Positions 1 to 14,028 of a DNA stretch of 64,000 nt are shown in pieces. The notes below the pieces were generated by a model that ran no database searches, had not been told where the DNA came from, and saw nothing but the letters and a program-made list of their open reading frames with translations. The stretch covers positions 62,001 to 126,000 of the forward strand of contig KZ538087.1 in NCBI GenBank assembly GCA_000934665.2, given 5' to 3'. Source of the DNA: Catajapyx aquilonaris. Lineage: Eukaryota. Made by a program: the position numbers and the translations under genes. Each line of letters begins with the position of its first letter. Positions within the stretch are counted from its first letter, which is position 1.

Positions 1-43
1 CTTGATATTCAGAATGCTATCATGATCTGGGAGTTTCCGTGTA

Positions 44-423
44 CAGGGTGGTTTGGCGAATGGCTTTAAAATGCTATATCGACACTGTAGCGCCAACTGT
101 TGTACGTGTAAATCCTACCAAGTATTTTTAGCAGAGATTATTAATGCTGATGATATTCGTTTAAGCTGTTATCTGCTCAATTTATCCACTTGAAAGTGAA
201 AATTGACGCAATCTATAAATTCTTGAAGTTTTCCGCCAATTGAGTAAAATATTTAATTATATTAGCATTTTGCTTTTTAGTAGGTTGGAAAATCGTCTCT
301 TTAAACCATTAGCACCATTTCAAGCACATATAGTTTGGAAAATAATTTACGAGAGCAGTTAATTCAGCATTATACAGTACTAGCCTGTTACATCAGTTTG
401 AACTGATTCGCTGAATCGTCCTG
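44..423. mobile_element. Old Tc1/mariner-type MITE (~380 bp)
   Basis: Left end TA|CAGGGTGGTTTGGCGAATGGCTTTAAAATG compared with the reverse complement of the right end TA|CAGGACGATTCAGCGAATCAGTTCAAACTG: a degenerate ~35-40 bp TIR with TA on both flanks and an AT-rich non-coding interior. Confidence 0.55.
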
Positions 424-1682
424 TATATATAGCCTATGCGTATTGATTCAACCCGCTCTGGTGTCTACCGCGATGGAGACAACCTGAGGAAACCAGCTCG
501 CTATTAAACAAGGTCGGATAAGAAATCCCACCTGAGATTGCGAATTAGTTTCGCTCCTTCCTCGCGAGGTTTCTCTCCGACAGCTTCGGAATTTGTTTGC
601 GAGCCACGCATTGTTGCCAAAGGTCGCCAAGAAATAATCTGGAAGCCGACTTGCATATACACCCTTGATTTATTTCTGAACCCTAGCCAAGCATTGTTTC
701 TGAAAATAAAAAAAAGCGAACTAAGTTGCATCCTAGCGTAATAAGTAGAAATGAAGAACGTGCCAGGGGTAGATCTGGGTCGCACTTGTTTTCAGTGGCG
801 CCAGTAACTTAATTGGGCTGGTTGGATTCAGCACGAGGAAGTGAGCTCAGGAGTGCAGGCCCCGTATCTCCAAGTGGCGTGAATAGACTGCTGCTGTTTG
901 TAAGAGTAGAAATTGCCGCCTCGCCTTCTGTGCTCATTGATTTTCTGCTCCGTCTCAAGTGCGCTAACTAACTTCTAGAATTCAAGAATCTTTGCTGGCT
1001 AGGCCTGAATCCACAAAGTTGATGAAAAGCATACACCTACCCCAAGTTACTTTAAATTACACTATGACAGAAGCAGATGCTCATATGCACTTTTTCTGAG
1101 GACCAAATCTGGGACAGGGAAAATTGAACTGAAGAACTTTGGGGGTTGGGTGGGAGAGAAGACAAGGTGTGGCTAAATGATAGTTTCCTAATGGTTAAGT
1201 TTGACGCTTTTCGTTGTTTTACAATTTGAAACTTTTTAATGGTACAGGGGCACAATTTATAGGGAGCGGCTGGTTGTGTGCATTCTCAGATGTTTCATTC
1301 CCAGGCATGATTAAAAACTTTGTACCACTCCTTCAGGGCTAGGACAGAGGGAATCACGGTTACCCCTTAGCAAACAGATAAAAATGTGAATTGTGTATAC
1401 CCAATGTCATGAACTTCTTGTCTCGGACAGTACATTGTGCAATATGAACATCGACCCGAATGAATCCCTCAAAGTAATTACCTCTCTCGTTACCTCATGC
1501 CGACTTTTCTTTTGTCTAGTGATCCCATGACGTCCCTTTCGTCATTACTGTCTCACCATGAAGTCTTCTGCTATATTACTTCTGATTAATTTTCTTCTGA
1601 AGCTAGAGTGTGTAAAAAGAGCAATCACTAGACTCTCACTAGTCATGTTTAGTATAAAAGACCTGCTGAAAGGTAGTCTATA

Positions 1683-2057
1683 TAGGGTGTTTTATAATGA
1701 CACAAACTTGAGCTGAACTCTTGGGCACCATGGAATCACTTCGCATAGAGGTGTCATTTGGTCTCCGCAGCCTCGTTACTCGTTATGCGTTACGTTAATG
1801 GGCTGCAAACACGGGGGTGTAAAATATCCTGGCAGTTACGCATCCCTCACCTTTGGCTTTTTAAATTAGTATCTAGGTGTTACCTTGCAACTTTAAGGTG
1901 AAATCTCATCCAGTGTAACAGTCAGGGGTCGATGCTATGGAAGTGCCGCAGGCTATATCAGCCACATTGAAAATGGTACATTGAACTCTTTGTTTTTGTT
2001 GTTGGCCGAGCCAGACACCTACATAAAGTTTACTTGAATTGTTATGAAATATTTTTG
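1683..2057. mobile_element. Decayed Tc1/mariner-type MITE, family A copy 1
   Basis: Starts TA|TAGGGTGTTTTATAATGACACAAACTT. The right end AAGTTTACTTGAATTGTTATGAAATATTTTTG is a decayed inverse of the family terminus. It shares collinear blocks with 16228-16645 (TCATTTGGTCTC, TAAAA.ATCCTGGCAG, GTGTAACAG, ATGGAAGTG). Confidence 0.7.
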
Positions 2058-3790
2058 TTTTATAGGCCATAACTGTATTACACGAAATATAGCATTAATG
2101 TATTTTGAGCCTTTATTTGTACAGCACACTGTGTTAACTGGAGCGCTAATGGCTTTTCAAAATAATACAGTATACTTACAGTTAGCTGTCCATACCTGGT
2201 TGTCCTACAGCATAAAGAAGCCTGCAACAACAGTATTTCCCTTTAAATTAGGACAACCTTTACTCATCCTCTCCTACGCGACATTATTCACGTCTGCAGT
2301 CTTATCATAACACCCATTTTGGAGCGAGTACTTCCATATGAAATTGCACACATTTTGACAGTACATACTCTAAAGAACCCCCTCCCTTTTATCTACACTG
2401 TGCAGCATCCGCACAGCATATTCTCCTCCCCCTTTTTTTTCAAAACTAAAATAAAAAAGGCAGTCGCTGTCAAAGACAAGCGAATCTCCAACTCCGGCGA
2501 CCGACTGTATGAGGAAATTTTGTCACCCGAGGGAAATTGCTCAGCTATGAGCACCGTGGCCCGGACGAGTTTGATTAATTCCGTTTCGTTAGCATCGCAA
2601 CCCAAGCTTCCAAAGTTGGCCCCAGGTTACGGGACCGCACCAACCGACAGATGAGCACCTGGAAAAATACCCTCCAAACCCGGGCCCTAAAGGTGGATGC
2701 CTCCATTTTCGAGGGATAAAGGGATCAATGACACTAACATTATCTTTGAGGTTAGTCCCGTGCTCATGAGTCTAAGGTTACAAATGTTGTTAGAGGTTCC
2801 GGGAATTCCGGAGCGGCCTGTAGGGAGTACGGAGGTTTGCCCTGGCCAACGACTATATATTCTTTTAGGGCCTAGAGCACCAGCAATGGAATTATCGGCG
2901 AAAGGAGTGAGAAAGGGCAGTCAAGACACGTCTAGCACTTCTTTCCATCCTCCTTCCCAATGAGCTGTCGCCTAAAGCTTCAGGTTGCTGACCTGTAATG
3001 CCCAGCAGATTTCTGCACCCTCAAAGAGAATTGCAAAAATGGCTAATGTTATTTTTGCCATCTTGTCCTCCCCCAATTTTTTGGTGCCAAAAAATCGGAA
3101 TGAGCAGGGCCGCTGACCCTATCTGGAAGGAATGAGACAGAGTCGTAAAGCAGGGATTTTGTGCCAAACACCTCGGAGCCGATTGCGTTAATTGAAACGT
3201 CCCCTGCAAAAATTTTCGTGGCAGCCATTACCAGCAGTAACGACCAAGACACACATAAAACGTACTGCGCGCGTCCAACGTTGCGTGTAAGTGTATTTCA
3301 CAAGGGGATTCGACCTGTAATAAACTGTGTTAACGTGGCTGCCGATGAAACGGTGTATACATGCACTGCAGCAGTCGGTAGTTCTTTAACACTAACGTAA
3401 ACTTCTACCCACTTCGGAGTCCACTTGTTACGAACTAACCTGCGCCCCTGGAAATTGCTTGGGAAACTACTGGATTAATTTACATTGTGGAAGCTGAAGC
3501 CAAAGCCCTTGACAATGATAACTGCGGAGGAGTATAGGTGGAGTACGGTGCAGGCCTGGAGCAGTAATTAAAGCGAATGAAGGCGCGACCCAGGCAAAGT
3601 GCATCGGTTGGTTTTAAGCGTCGACTTGCCTCCCATTTGCAGTGAGGCCGTCCTAAAGTCGGCGGTGTGGCAAGCCCCAAATTGGCGCTCTCTTCTGGGC
3701 CAAATTGAATTTGGAAGCAAGCAGGAGGGAAGGCCAGGTCTTGCATCGCCCTTTTCCCTTCTGGGCCCAAATCCCAGTCCGCCCGGCCTG

Positions 3791-3880
3791 GGAAGAAGAA
3801 GAAGAAGACGACGAAGAAGGAGTGTAGTAAGAAGGAGGAGAAGGAAGAGGAGAAGAGGAGGAGGAGGAGGAGGGAGAAAG
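3791..3880 (+). repeat. Purine-rich (GAA/GGA)n simple repeat
   Basis: ggaagaagaagaagaagacgacgaagaaggag...gaggaggaggaggaggagggaga. This explains the poly-Arg/Gly in ORF 3599-3946. Confidence 0.9.
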
Positions 3881-6800
3881 CCTCTCTTATTGGTTTTTGT
3901 TATTCCCTCTCACCTTCCTTGCCACCGGATCAGGAAATTGAGTTAGTTCCTTAACAGTTTGTGGTTTTTGAGGAGGGTGAAACCCACGTTAAAAAAACAA
4001 CACTGCTGGCGCTTGGGAAGGCTTGCCAGGGACGTCTTAGCGAGTTGTTGTCTTTACTGCGTCCATGTCGTGCACCTAATATCATATCGGAATGTGAACA
4101 TCATGTGAAGGTTTTGGTGATTAGTCTACATAGTAGTTTTATGAACGTTTTTACCCCTTTTATTGGGGAGTGTTTTCAGAGATCTGGCGGAAATTAAATA
4201 AGGTGTGATTCCCCGAGTTACAGGAGATGATGGATGTCGCGAGCGAGATGCCGGTCTCATCATTTTATCTTCATATTGGACGTCTATATGTATATCCTTA
4301 AAGCCTTGTTGCCAGAACTGCAGAGGTGGCATGGAAAGTAGCTGTAATAAAATTACTGAAATGAGTGTGTAAGCCATTGTTCTGAACCACCTGTGCATTC
4401 AAACCTTGCAGCGTTATTGGACACCATGTCCATGAATGAGGAAGGATCTCGCTACTCACAAGCATGGGTATAACTCGCGAATATTGTTTTTTTTTTTTTA
4501 ACTGATATAGGCTATTTTGAACAACTCATGTCTGAAGTTTTGCCAATTTCGAAACTTCAACATTTCGGTACCGGTACGCAATAAATATATATGCCAATAA
4601 TTTTAAGTCGTAGCCAGGTCTAATTTTGTCCTTATATCAGCCTCCTTTCTCAGATATACTCGTATACTGCAGACATCTTGCTCTAAGTAATGATTTGTTA
4701 TTAGTGTCAAAAGTTTTGTTACCAGCTTTAATTGTATAAACATGCTTGTAATTTATCGTAACCTACGGCTCTACTCCAAGGAGTTAAAATGTCAATCTTC
4801 ACTATAGGTAATTCGGTGTTCAAGGTAGGCTACTGAAAGACAATTTTTACATGATGTGATGGTCATTAACGTAACTACAGTATGCCACGTATAATGGGTT
4901 TTCCAGAAAATAGCCAACTTTTTAATATTCCTATATAACTACTGCGCGCCACTAACTAGTTCAAACAAACTTTCAAAAATGAGGCATGCCAGAGTGAAAA
5001 GCTTTAGAAAAGTATGAATGACCAAATAGAACAATAAAGTCCAGCAGGGTTTAAAAATCGTCGAGTTGCAAAATAAAAATATATTGGAGGCAAAACTTTA
5101 GTTACTGATACCCTATATTCGCATAAAGCCTGAAATGATCATCCGAATTATTATAGCTGCGCCTGCAATTCTCTCTTAGTAATTAGATATCCAATTGTTT
5201 AACATCCTGCACGGAAAGAAAGCGATGAAATAACCATTGTACGGTGGCAGTATAACAGTTGGTTATTTGATATTCGTTCAGTGACATCGGCCACATCTGA
5301 ATTTTATGTAAAGCATCATTTAATTTTGATTCGATGCAAGCAGAAATTCTATTGTGTTTGTGACGGTTAGTCAAATATTGGTATTTGAATTCTCCATTCG
5401 GATCGAGAACAAAAGAGTGAAATTTCAGAATTTACTAGTCCCATGCACTATAATATGCAAAATGACTCTTTTCCGCGTAGGTTGAACAGTATAGTCTACT
5501 TCACATTATGAGATGGTTGGGGGGAAAATGCCGCCACAATTAGGTCTAATTCATTTGGGGGTTTTATTAGCTTTGGCGGACCCACAATGGACATGGAAAA
5601 CCACACATTCAATATAAAAGGTGGCTGACTGTATAGGGATATTTATATATAAAAAAATGTTTAATGAGCATTGGCTTATTCATGAACCCCCGCATTCACA
5701 AAAGGCATAAAATAGGCGGAGTCGACAGGATTTTGAGCTCTGTAGGTTGAAAACATAATATAGCACTAGAACCAGACGGCTAACACCCGTTTTCACCTGT
5801 AATACCCCGGAGCTTTGAATACAAACGTACGTAGAACATGTGTTGGCTATGTGCGAGAAATTCTCAACGCGCAAGTTAGGGAACGGTGTATGGCGCAAAA
5901 TGTACGACACTAACCACTAATACCCAGGAGTTCTTGCTTCGAATCTCTGTAGGCTGCGAATTAGCATTGAAATGGTTGCAGGGAGGGCCGGGGCAATGCC
6001 GCTAATGTTGCTGAAACTTTCGAGATTAGCTGCTAGGCTAGAGCCGAAAATGTCCAGAGCTAGTTTGAACATACAGGATTAGCAGTGTGGTCATCTGCAT
6101 TACTTGCCTTTCAGTAAAAATGGAAGCACTTAAAGCTGACCGAAACAAAAGCTTCATGATTCTACTAATCAGGATTTGGAACCTGAAAGCTAAACATCTT
6201 AGAAAGTTTGCTATAGAAAACATTTTGATTTCCATTCGACCCGATTAATTTTGCCGACTTTCCAACCACAACACTGCCTTGAGCTGACTCTAGGCGAGAG
6301 TTGAACATGTCACAGATCCTGCTTCCGGGAGGGCTTACCTTTGAAATGTTACACTTGGAAACCTGCCTACAGTTTTCACCATGGAGTCAGGCGGTGTTGC
6401 ATCTAGATATATCATTATAACCGCTCATGGCTAAACGGCGCCCTTGTCCTCTTCAAGCTCCTCCCTTCCTTCGTCAAACCGTGGGGTCGGGTGGGGGGTG
6501 CTCTATCTTTAGGCTCACTAGAACAAAAGAAAGAAAACAAACGTCATTTGGACACGCTCCAATCATACCTCGCTCACGGTCAAGTAGAAAATTAAAGCCG
6601 CCCTCTCCACAGCCAATTTACACAAACATATCACCCCTAAGCCACTCTTATAAGCTTCGCTATGGGTGCAACTCCCGCTTGATTGTTGAGGGAATATGGG
6701 CGCATTTTGGCGGTCCATTGAGGTGAGTTAAAGCCCGTTTCTAGTGAATATAGGAGAAATAAGCTTGGCAAGGGCCGTTTCCAATAGCCTGGTCCACTGT

Positions 6801-8288
6801 CGATGCTTGGCAGCTGACGGAGAGCAAGCTGGTCGGTTCAAAAGCACATCCGCATTCCTGCAGGCGCAGTCCAAAAAATCCCCCAAACCCCCATCCCCCG
6901 ACCCTTTTCGCTATTCGGCTAGCTCTGCACTACTTTAGACTCCTGTTGGATGGATGGATGGCTGTCCGCCATTATTGGCTTACCTGGGGGGCATTCCTCC
7001 ATTAATAAATTTTCCCAGCCTGATGAATCGGGGCTGGCTCATATAGCTGGACGGTATAAACAACAAGCAGCAAAAATTAACGTTTTAATCGCGTATTAAA
7101 TGACAGATTATGAACATCGATATTTTTTTTTGTTCTTATCAAAAGACCGATGGGTATGGAAGGGAAAGTGGAATTGGATTGTGTTTAGTTTATGTGAGGT
7201 ATTATAGACTTTTTAATTTTTTTCCCCCGATCGTTTGAATTCTGTGATTGGCAAACACCTGTGTTGGCTAAGCCTCCATTTCATAATTAACATGTTGAAA
7301 AGGTTTTACAAAGCTGCTTGTTAATAACACACGTTCTTTTTTATACCGCCAAATTACTCTAATTAAGTAAATGTTCATTAGAAATTAATGCGTCATTTGT
7401 CAATAATAATATTATTATGTTATGCATTTATTTATATAATAATTTTTATGAAAGATTATTATTTGTTTTGTAGGAGTGGTTTTTGGTGTATACCGTATGC
7501 ATCAAGGATGAAGGCCATTTGAAACTAGGGGCACCTTTGCATCATGACGGGCAAGAGTCTGTGCGATCCTCTTGGTGTTTTATACACTTTCATATACCAA
7601 TGTTTAAAAATCATTTGATACGTTGTTTCCACTGCAACTGGGAGGTTACAGTATCGTGCGAGGGGGTTATTTCGGATAGTACGTGGAAACCTTTTCCGCA
7701 GCCTGCCATTAATTCAACAAGCCACTACTATACGTACATTGAATTAGTGGTTCTTTGCGTTCATTGGTGTGATGGGGAAAAAGAGGATGCGTCCCAGGTG
7801 GAGCTGCATGGATATGCTTTTTTAGTGGAAGGCTGAAAAACGAATATGGAAATATCGCTCCAAAAGGTGGGCTTTCATCGCTTCTTTTGGAGTCAATCTG
7901 TTGTTGTTTATCAAATTTGTATAAAGATTGAGGTCAATCCGTCTTTCTATTCGAACGTCTTTTTGCTTAGATCAACATGGTGTTTTGTGTACAGTAGTAG
8001 CTAAAGACCTAAAGAATGTTGATTTTGGAAGTACCGGTACGCGGAAATTCCTGAAATATGTCAGAAATATAGCCCCACAATGTAGAATATTTTGGACAGA
8101 CATAAATATTGAAGTTCCGACAATAAAACACCTATATGGACTATGTTGGAGCAATTTAATCGTCATGTGTGACGTTTGGCCTCGTGATAACCAGGAAGCT
8201 TAGCCAAGGCACTATACTGCGCACTGCTCTGTAGAATGTAATCTGTGGTATAACTTATTTGGTCGGTATTACAGCTGTACAAAATCGC

Positions 8289-8596
8289 GTTCCGTATAAA
8301 TAATGACAGGACAAGTCCCCGTTGGTCGTATTATACGTACTTTGTCACCCGGCCTCAACCCTCTCCATATAGCTCCAAAACACTTTTACCTCTCCACTCT
8401 GCCCGCCATTTTTGAACTCTCTTAATCCAAGTTGGCGGAGTCAACTCTGCGCTCAGACCAGGGTTGACTCTGGGTCTAACTAGACCCCTTGAGGTGGGGT
8501 TGAACTGCCATTATGTATGCGAATAGGGGGTTAACCCTCTCTCAACTCGTTGTTAATCCTGACCCCGCGTTCGAAAATTCATTATGTATACGCGCC
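8289..8596. mobile_element. Foldback MITE, possibly PIF/Harbinger-like
   Basis: Terminal inverted match CGTATAAATAATGA (8293-8306) versus the reverse complement of the right end GGCGCGTATACATAATGA, followed by TAA (8597-8599). There is a central hairpin GAGTCAACTCTG/CAGGGTTGACTC (8438-8470) and repeated TCAACCC/GGGTTGA motifs. Confidence 0.5.
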
Positions 8597-11500
8597 TAAG
8601 CATCCCTTCGGGTCCTGAATTGCAATGAATTTTAGGGATTATGACATTGGGAATGGCCCATTTGTAACTGCTGTTAACCGAGGTCAGTGATTGAAATTTT
8701 TTTGTCAGCTAGATCCACTTGCAGCGATTAAAAAGGAAGGCCCATTCAAGCTAATTGAAGTAGCTGATATATTAAGAGTAACTATTCGCAAATAATTCCC
8801 CTTTAGATGAGTATAATACGTCTACTTTTTAAATTTTTATGCAGCGTGGTCCAACTGAACTTAAGTGTGCTTTTAAGCAGCAACATTATTAAGCATTTTA
8901 TCAGTTGCCTTTAAGGGCTACCATAAATGCTAGACGCTAACAATAGACTGAATGGCTTGTCGGCTAATCTGGCAGGAGTGTTGTATAGTAGAAAAGGCAT
9001 CCATAGCCACACAAAAAATTTATAACTCCCACCATGCTTGATCGATTTTAATGAAATTTAGAGTAGCCTACAGAGGAGGAATTGGTGATGTAACGTCCTT
9101 CCACAGAATTTTAGTTCAAGGCCGCCTTGAAAAAAGAGCTATCAAGATACGATGCACCGTAGACACACTTTGCCTTCGATTATGTCACAGCGTACGTAAA
9201 CGGCATACGTTAAAAATGTACCGTATTATCTGAAAAAGTTCCTATAAATACCGGGCTCCATTTACACATGTTGAACAGGTTTTTAAATCAACGATACTTT
9301 TTCAAAAGTGAACATTAACATGAATAATGTACGGTGTAGTGCAAAAAAGTATAAGGTAATATTTTAATGCAATGAAAGTTGACGAATGATCCACAGCTTT
9401 GTCTATTGTTCACTTGTGGATCATCAGTCCAATTGATCCTTTGTCTTCGTTTCTGGCCAGTCAGCATGATTGTGAATATTTCTTTCTATTACCACAAATG
9501 CATTATCTCATTGCTTCCACCAATGACAACATGAAAAATGGACTTGTAAATGTGGTATATAATGATATAAATTACTGTAAGTTAGGTCATGATTTTGATG
9601 GAGCCTAATAGCAATTGCAGTGTTTGGGGGCCGGCTTAATATCTGGCTAATTGACTGATTCAAGTTTGCCAACCATGGGGGTGGCAAAGTTTAAATTTAG
9701 TGACGAGACATTTGTAGGCAGAGGACATGCCAACTCCCTCTTCCTTCGCTCACAATGCGTTGTTTGAGGCAGGTGAAATGCGGCGCATCTGTGAAATTTT
9801 TTTCATACTCACTTACCCTTAACGTTTCGAAATTCTTGCTTTGAGCTTTCGGTAGTTCCCAAAGACTTTGCAGATACCGCCTACTAGGATTCCATGCTTG
9901 GAAAGTCTACAGGCGGCATGAAAAAAACAAGCCAGGCAGAATCCATTACGAGGTTGGAGACCAACGTAATTCGTACTTGTTCGATAGTGTAAAGCTCCCC
10001 ACCAGTACTCCAAGAGAAAGGAACTCTGTTCCAACCAGACTTCCCAAAGCTACCTATTTGTTTCAAGAAGAGGGGGGGGGTGAGGCCAACTCCAGCTAAA
10101 AAAGGAATTAAAACCTAGCCAACAATTCCGAGAAAATGTCACCAATTTGTCAAGCGACCACTGCTTGATTCTGGCGATTATGAACAGCAGGACGGAAGAC
10201 TAATGCTCACGCTACATTCTAAATAAGAGTTAACCTGACGTTTCGAACCGTTGCGAGCAAGTCTAATCCTCTAGAAAGGGGAAACGTAACCTATACCCAT
10301 CATTTAGGTTTTCCTGCCTGTTTTGCATCCGAGAAGCTATTTCCCCCTGCATTTTCTTTTGCATGGCCCACCGTAGTCGTTGAGCTCAAAGTCATTACCA
10401 AGCCGGCATTTGTACTCATAAAAGTCGTAGCCATCTGCCACGCCTTCGTCTCGTTATTTCATTCAGGAGCTACGTTTTTTTTTTACCCAAATGTAATTCT
10501 CAGCACCCAGCCCGAGCCAGCCGGAGATTAAATAGTAGCTGACGGAGATCAGGCTAAGTTTTTCTAAGAGACCAGTGGGTGTATCTTGGTAGGAAAATTT
10601 TTGTGGATGAGTGTAATAATCGGGTTGGTCGTTAGTAAGAATCTGGTGGTGGGCCAATCCGTCATAAATTCAGGCAGTGTAGCTCTCTCCGTTGAGTGCC
10701 CCCGGTTGAAATTAGCTCTATCAGCAAGGGTTGCAGTTAGAGCTGAATTATCCCGAGTTTGCGGCGTTTACAACCCCCAAAGTGTCGCACTTTGCCCGGG
10801 TGATAAATGTTGAGTCTGAGAGTAAATCACGTGGCACTTTCCATCCTAGGGGTCTCAACAAACTCCCCAAGCAGTAAGTACGCTTGTGGGATCGCGGAAA
10901 AGCGGTTTATCTTTGTGGTACAAGCCATGCGACGAATTTGCACGTCGGTATATCACCCGGCTGTCTGGGCGACATTTCATCCGCTTATCATAGGGGAAAA
11001 GCCCATGCAGCAGCCAGCTTCTCTATCTCTCTACTTGTTGCGCTGAAGAATCGGCAAGACATTGTATTGGCGGAACACAGGAACAATTCTCCCTGCACGA
11101 ACTTAATCTTCGGAAGGAGATTAAAATTAAAATGTTGACAAGGATTTTGGGGAGAAGATGGGCTCTGCTGCAGCAGGCTTCTTAATTGCATGTAGCTAAG
11201 GAGCGTCGATAAAAGGGGGGGAAGAAACAATTAAGAATCCCGCGTAAGGATTGGACTGTATGGAGCAATTTCCTGGGCTTAAATGGAGAGGGCCATTACT
11301 TAGAGAGGACTACAAGACGCTGAGAGATCCTTCCCCCTCCCAAACTTAACAAAGGGTAGGGAAGCTATCTCACTAAGCAAGGAATTAATTGGCCAAGCAG
11401 CGCCCCCAAAATTACGGGCAAGTCATTGTTGCCTGGGTGCCAACACTGTATCCTCCTGGAGCCTACCTGTTTCAAAGGTTAGTTCCATCAGATGGTGGGG

Positions 11501-13620
11501 TCTTTTAGATGTGATCCCACCCAAGAAGCTTTCGGCAAATAGGTTGAATCCCCCCGGGCGAAGGGGAAGGGCGGCCCTGAAGGTTCGAATTGTAGAGCTC
11601 TCGGGGCATTAACCGTACGTCTTTTGGTAAGGGCAAAGTGCTGACAACGGGGGCCTTCAAATTTGTCGTGCCAACATGCTCCACTAGTCTATAAATTATT
11701 CCTCGCAGACGTGGTCTTGAGAAATGACAGAGGAACTCGGCAGCCAGCGGCAGCCAAACCCAGGAGATTTCCATATGCGGCGCAGGGTGAGTCTCTTTTC
11801 CGGCCAAAAATCCGCTTTCCCGGATTGCTATTCTTCGCCATGGTCGGCCTCCCGCTTTTGCCAGGCTACGAGGGCCTCCTCCCCCTTCCCCCCCAACATG
11901 CACGACTCAATATGGGCACTTCCCGTGGATGCCGAAACACACATTGCGGTACAAACTTTTGGGTGTAGCCAAAAAACACTCCTCTGTTCTGCAATGCTGC
12001 GAAATGTAATTACAAGGAAAACGTTTTGATCGAGTTTGGGAGTTTCCAAATTATGTGACCTCGTTCCCTTCGCTGCATGTAGCATTATTTCCAACGTTGT
12101 AACTAGTGCGCGGAGTGGGGAAATTCACGGTGCAACCCCCCTTTGGTTCATATAATTATTTACAGGCAGACCCTGCCACCTATCACTCATCCCAACAATA
12201 TTATCCGTAACAAAACATATTTTTCAGCGATGCATATACAGACTTTTAAATGAGCTGTGGGCAATAAAGCCCAAAAGCAATATGACAGAGGGAGCGTCAC
12301 TATTGTTGAATTGCAATCCGGAGAATCTGCAAAACAAAATTTTGCGGCTTGTGAAAACAAATCCCTTGCATTTCCATATCCGTGTTTTGATTGTAAAGCG
12401 CGCACTGATGAAATTCGATAGGTTCACTACGTGTACAAATTGGACGCGTCAAAACGTAGAAGGCGTTTAATCGACGTAACAAAACAGTTTTCTTAATCCC
12501 CAGAAGAAAACACTTCTTACAAATAATCAGAAGGGCGGAAAAATTGCTGCTAATCGTGATGAGCCCCTTGGAATCTTCAGCAAGTATAAACGTCTCCGAT
12601 GCTTATCTCAGCGAATTATCTATAATTAAAGGAAAAGTTTATAAACACCAAAGAAAAGCATGCAAAGGAGCCATTTGCATGCAGATCTTTGGTTCTCATG
12701 ATTGCTCATTCCTTACGGAAAACTTATGCAGAAGCACCGCCTGAGTCCCTGCCGTGATCAAGCCAAGTGGAAATTCTTGAAGCTGTAACAGGCCAGAGAG
12801 AGAAAGGACTTAGTCAAGTTTAGACCCATGCGTCAGCAATTCGCCTTTCAAGTGACCCCTTCTTTTATGTGCAAATAAACCTCAATTGGTCTCCCGCTGT
12901 CCTGCTGTAATTTCCTCCCGAAAGAGACACGTCGTACAAGTACAAATGTTCAACTGTGAACACTTTGGGGCCAAACCTTTGCCCGCACAAAATTTCGACC
13001 AAAGAAAGCTGACTCGGTTGGAAAAATGGGGCTGTGGGCAGTCCTTCTTCAATGGGTATTGCAGACACCTGCGCTGTCTGCTCCCATAGTTCAGCGAAAA
13101 TCCGAATTATCAAGGAAGTCGTTTGTCTAAATCGCCACCAATTTCCCGCCCCCGCTGGAACTTTGTGGTTTCAGCATTTTGCCCTCACAAAGTCTGGGGT
13201 CAGCCATGTGGGTGTTTCATCTCAAGGTCACGTGAAAGATTGTCCAGTTTAGCCTGCTTCTTTTCTCGGTCGCAAGCTTGCTGAAATCGCTATTCTTTGC
13301 TTGACAATACACACGTGTCAGGTTCATTTGAGGTAGGCCTGTATGAAGTTTTGGTTATGCAGAACAGAGTCACATTTTGATCAAAATTTTGTAGAGTCAT
13401 TGTGTAATATAGTCTTTGACGTATACGTGATGATAAGTCAACTCAGCTTTATGGTAGAGCAATTACAGTCAACTACAAAATGGATCACATAACAGAATCA
13501 GGGAAGTGCAGCTTTCAAACACTGTAATATCTCGAAATCATTCTATTGTGACCCTGTTCTGCATTTCAAATCTTCATTAACACCGGCTTAGGCAACTCCA
13601 TTCCAAGGAATTATGGCTTA

Positions 13621-14028
13621 CCTTGTGTTCTACATAACAATGGAGGAATACGAAAATGATATGACTTCAAGCACTCAGATTTAAAATATGCTTAACTACA
13701 TTGGTTCCGACTTGTTCAGAATGGGTATCTTCCAGGGTCGTTTTTAAATCTGAGCGCCCCCATATTTAGTGGACATTATTCGTAATAATGTTATATGAAA
13801 AGGCAAAATAGTAGTTTTGTTTTACAAATCCGTGGTTTATGAAAATACGCATTTAAAATTTTCAATTTTGCATTTTCCCACATTAAAATCACGACAGAAG
13901 GCGCGAGGTATGTCAGATAATTTTAATTTTAAATTTTCAAGCAATGATAGACCACGCTCGAATATGAGAGTTGCATATTGTTCACTAAAACAGCTATTTA
14001 ATGAAATAAATAATTTTGCAACACAGGG
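13621..14028. mobile_element. Possible decayed TA-flanked DNA-transposon remnant
   Basis: TA|CCTTGTGTT ... AACACAGGG|TA termini (8/9 inverse match). An internal inverted repeat pairs GCACTCAGATTTAAAA (13671-13686) with TTTTAAATCTGAGCGC (13742-13757). Confidence 0.35.

Noticed and set aside
639..656. CTGGAAGCCGAC.TGCA shared with about 51324
   Set aside because: A 16/17 match is expected several times by chance in a 64-kb self-comparison, and the flanks do not extend.
3599..3946. Arg-rich, protamine-like ORF
   Set aside because: Translation of a GAA/GGA simple repeat with a non-ATG start.
4505..5116. Possible TA-flanked MITE ending CTGATACCCTATA
   Set aside because: The left terminus match is too weak and gapped to set boundaries.
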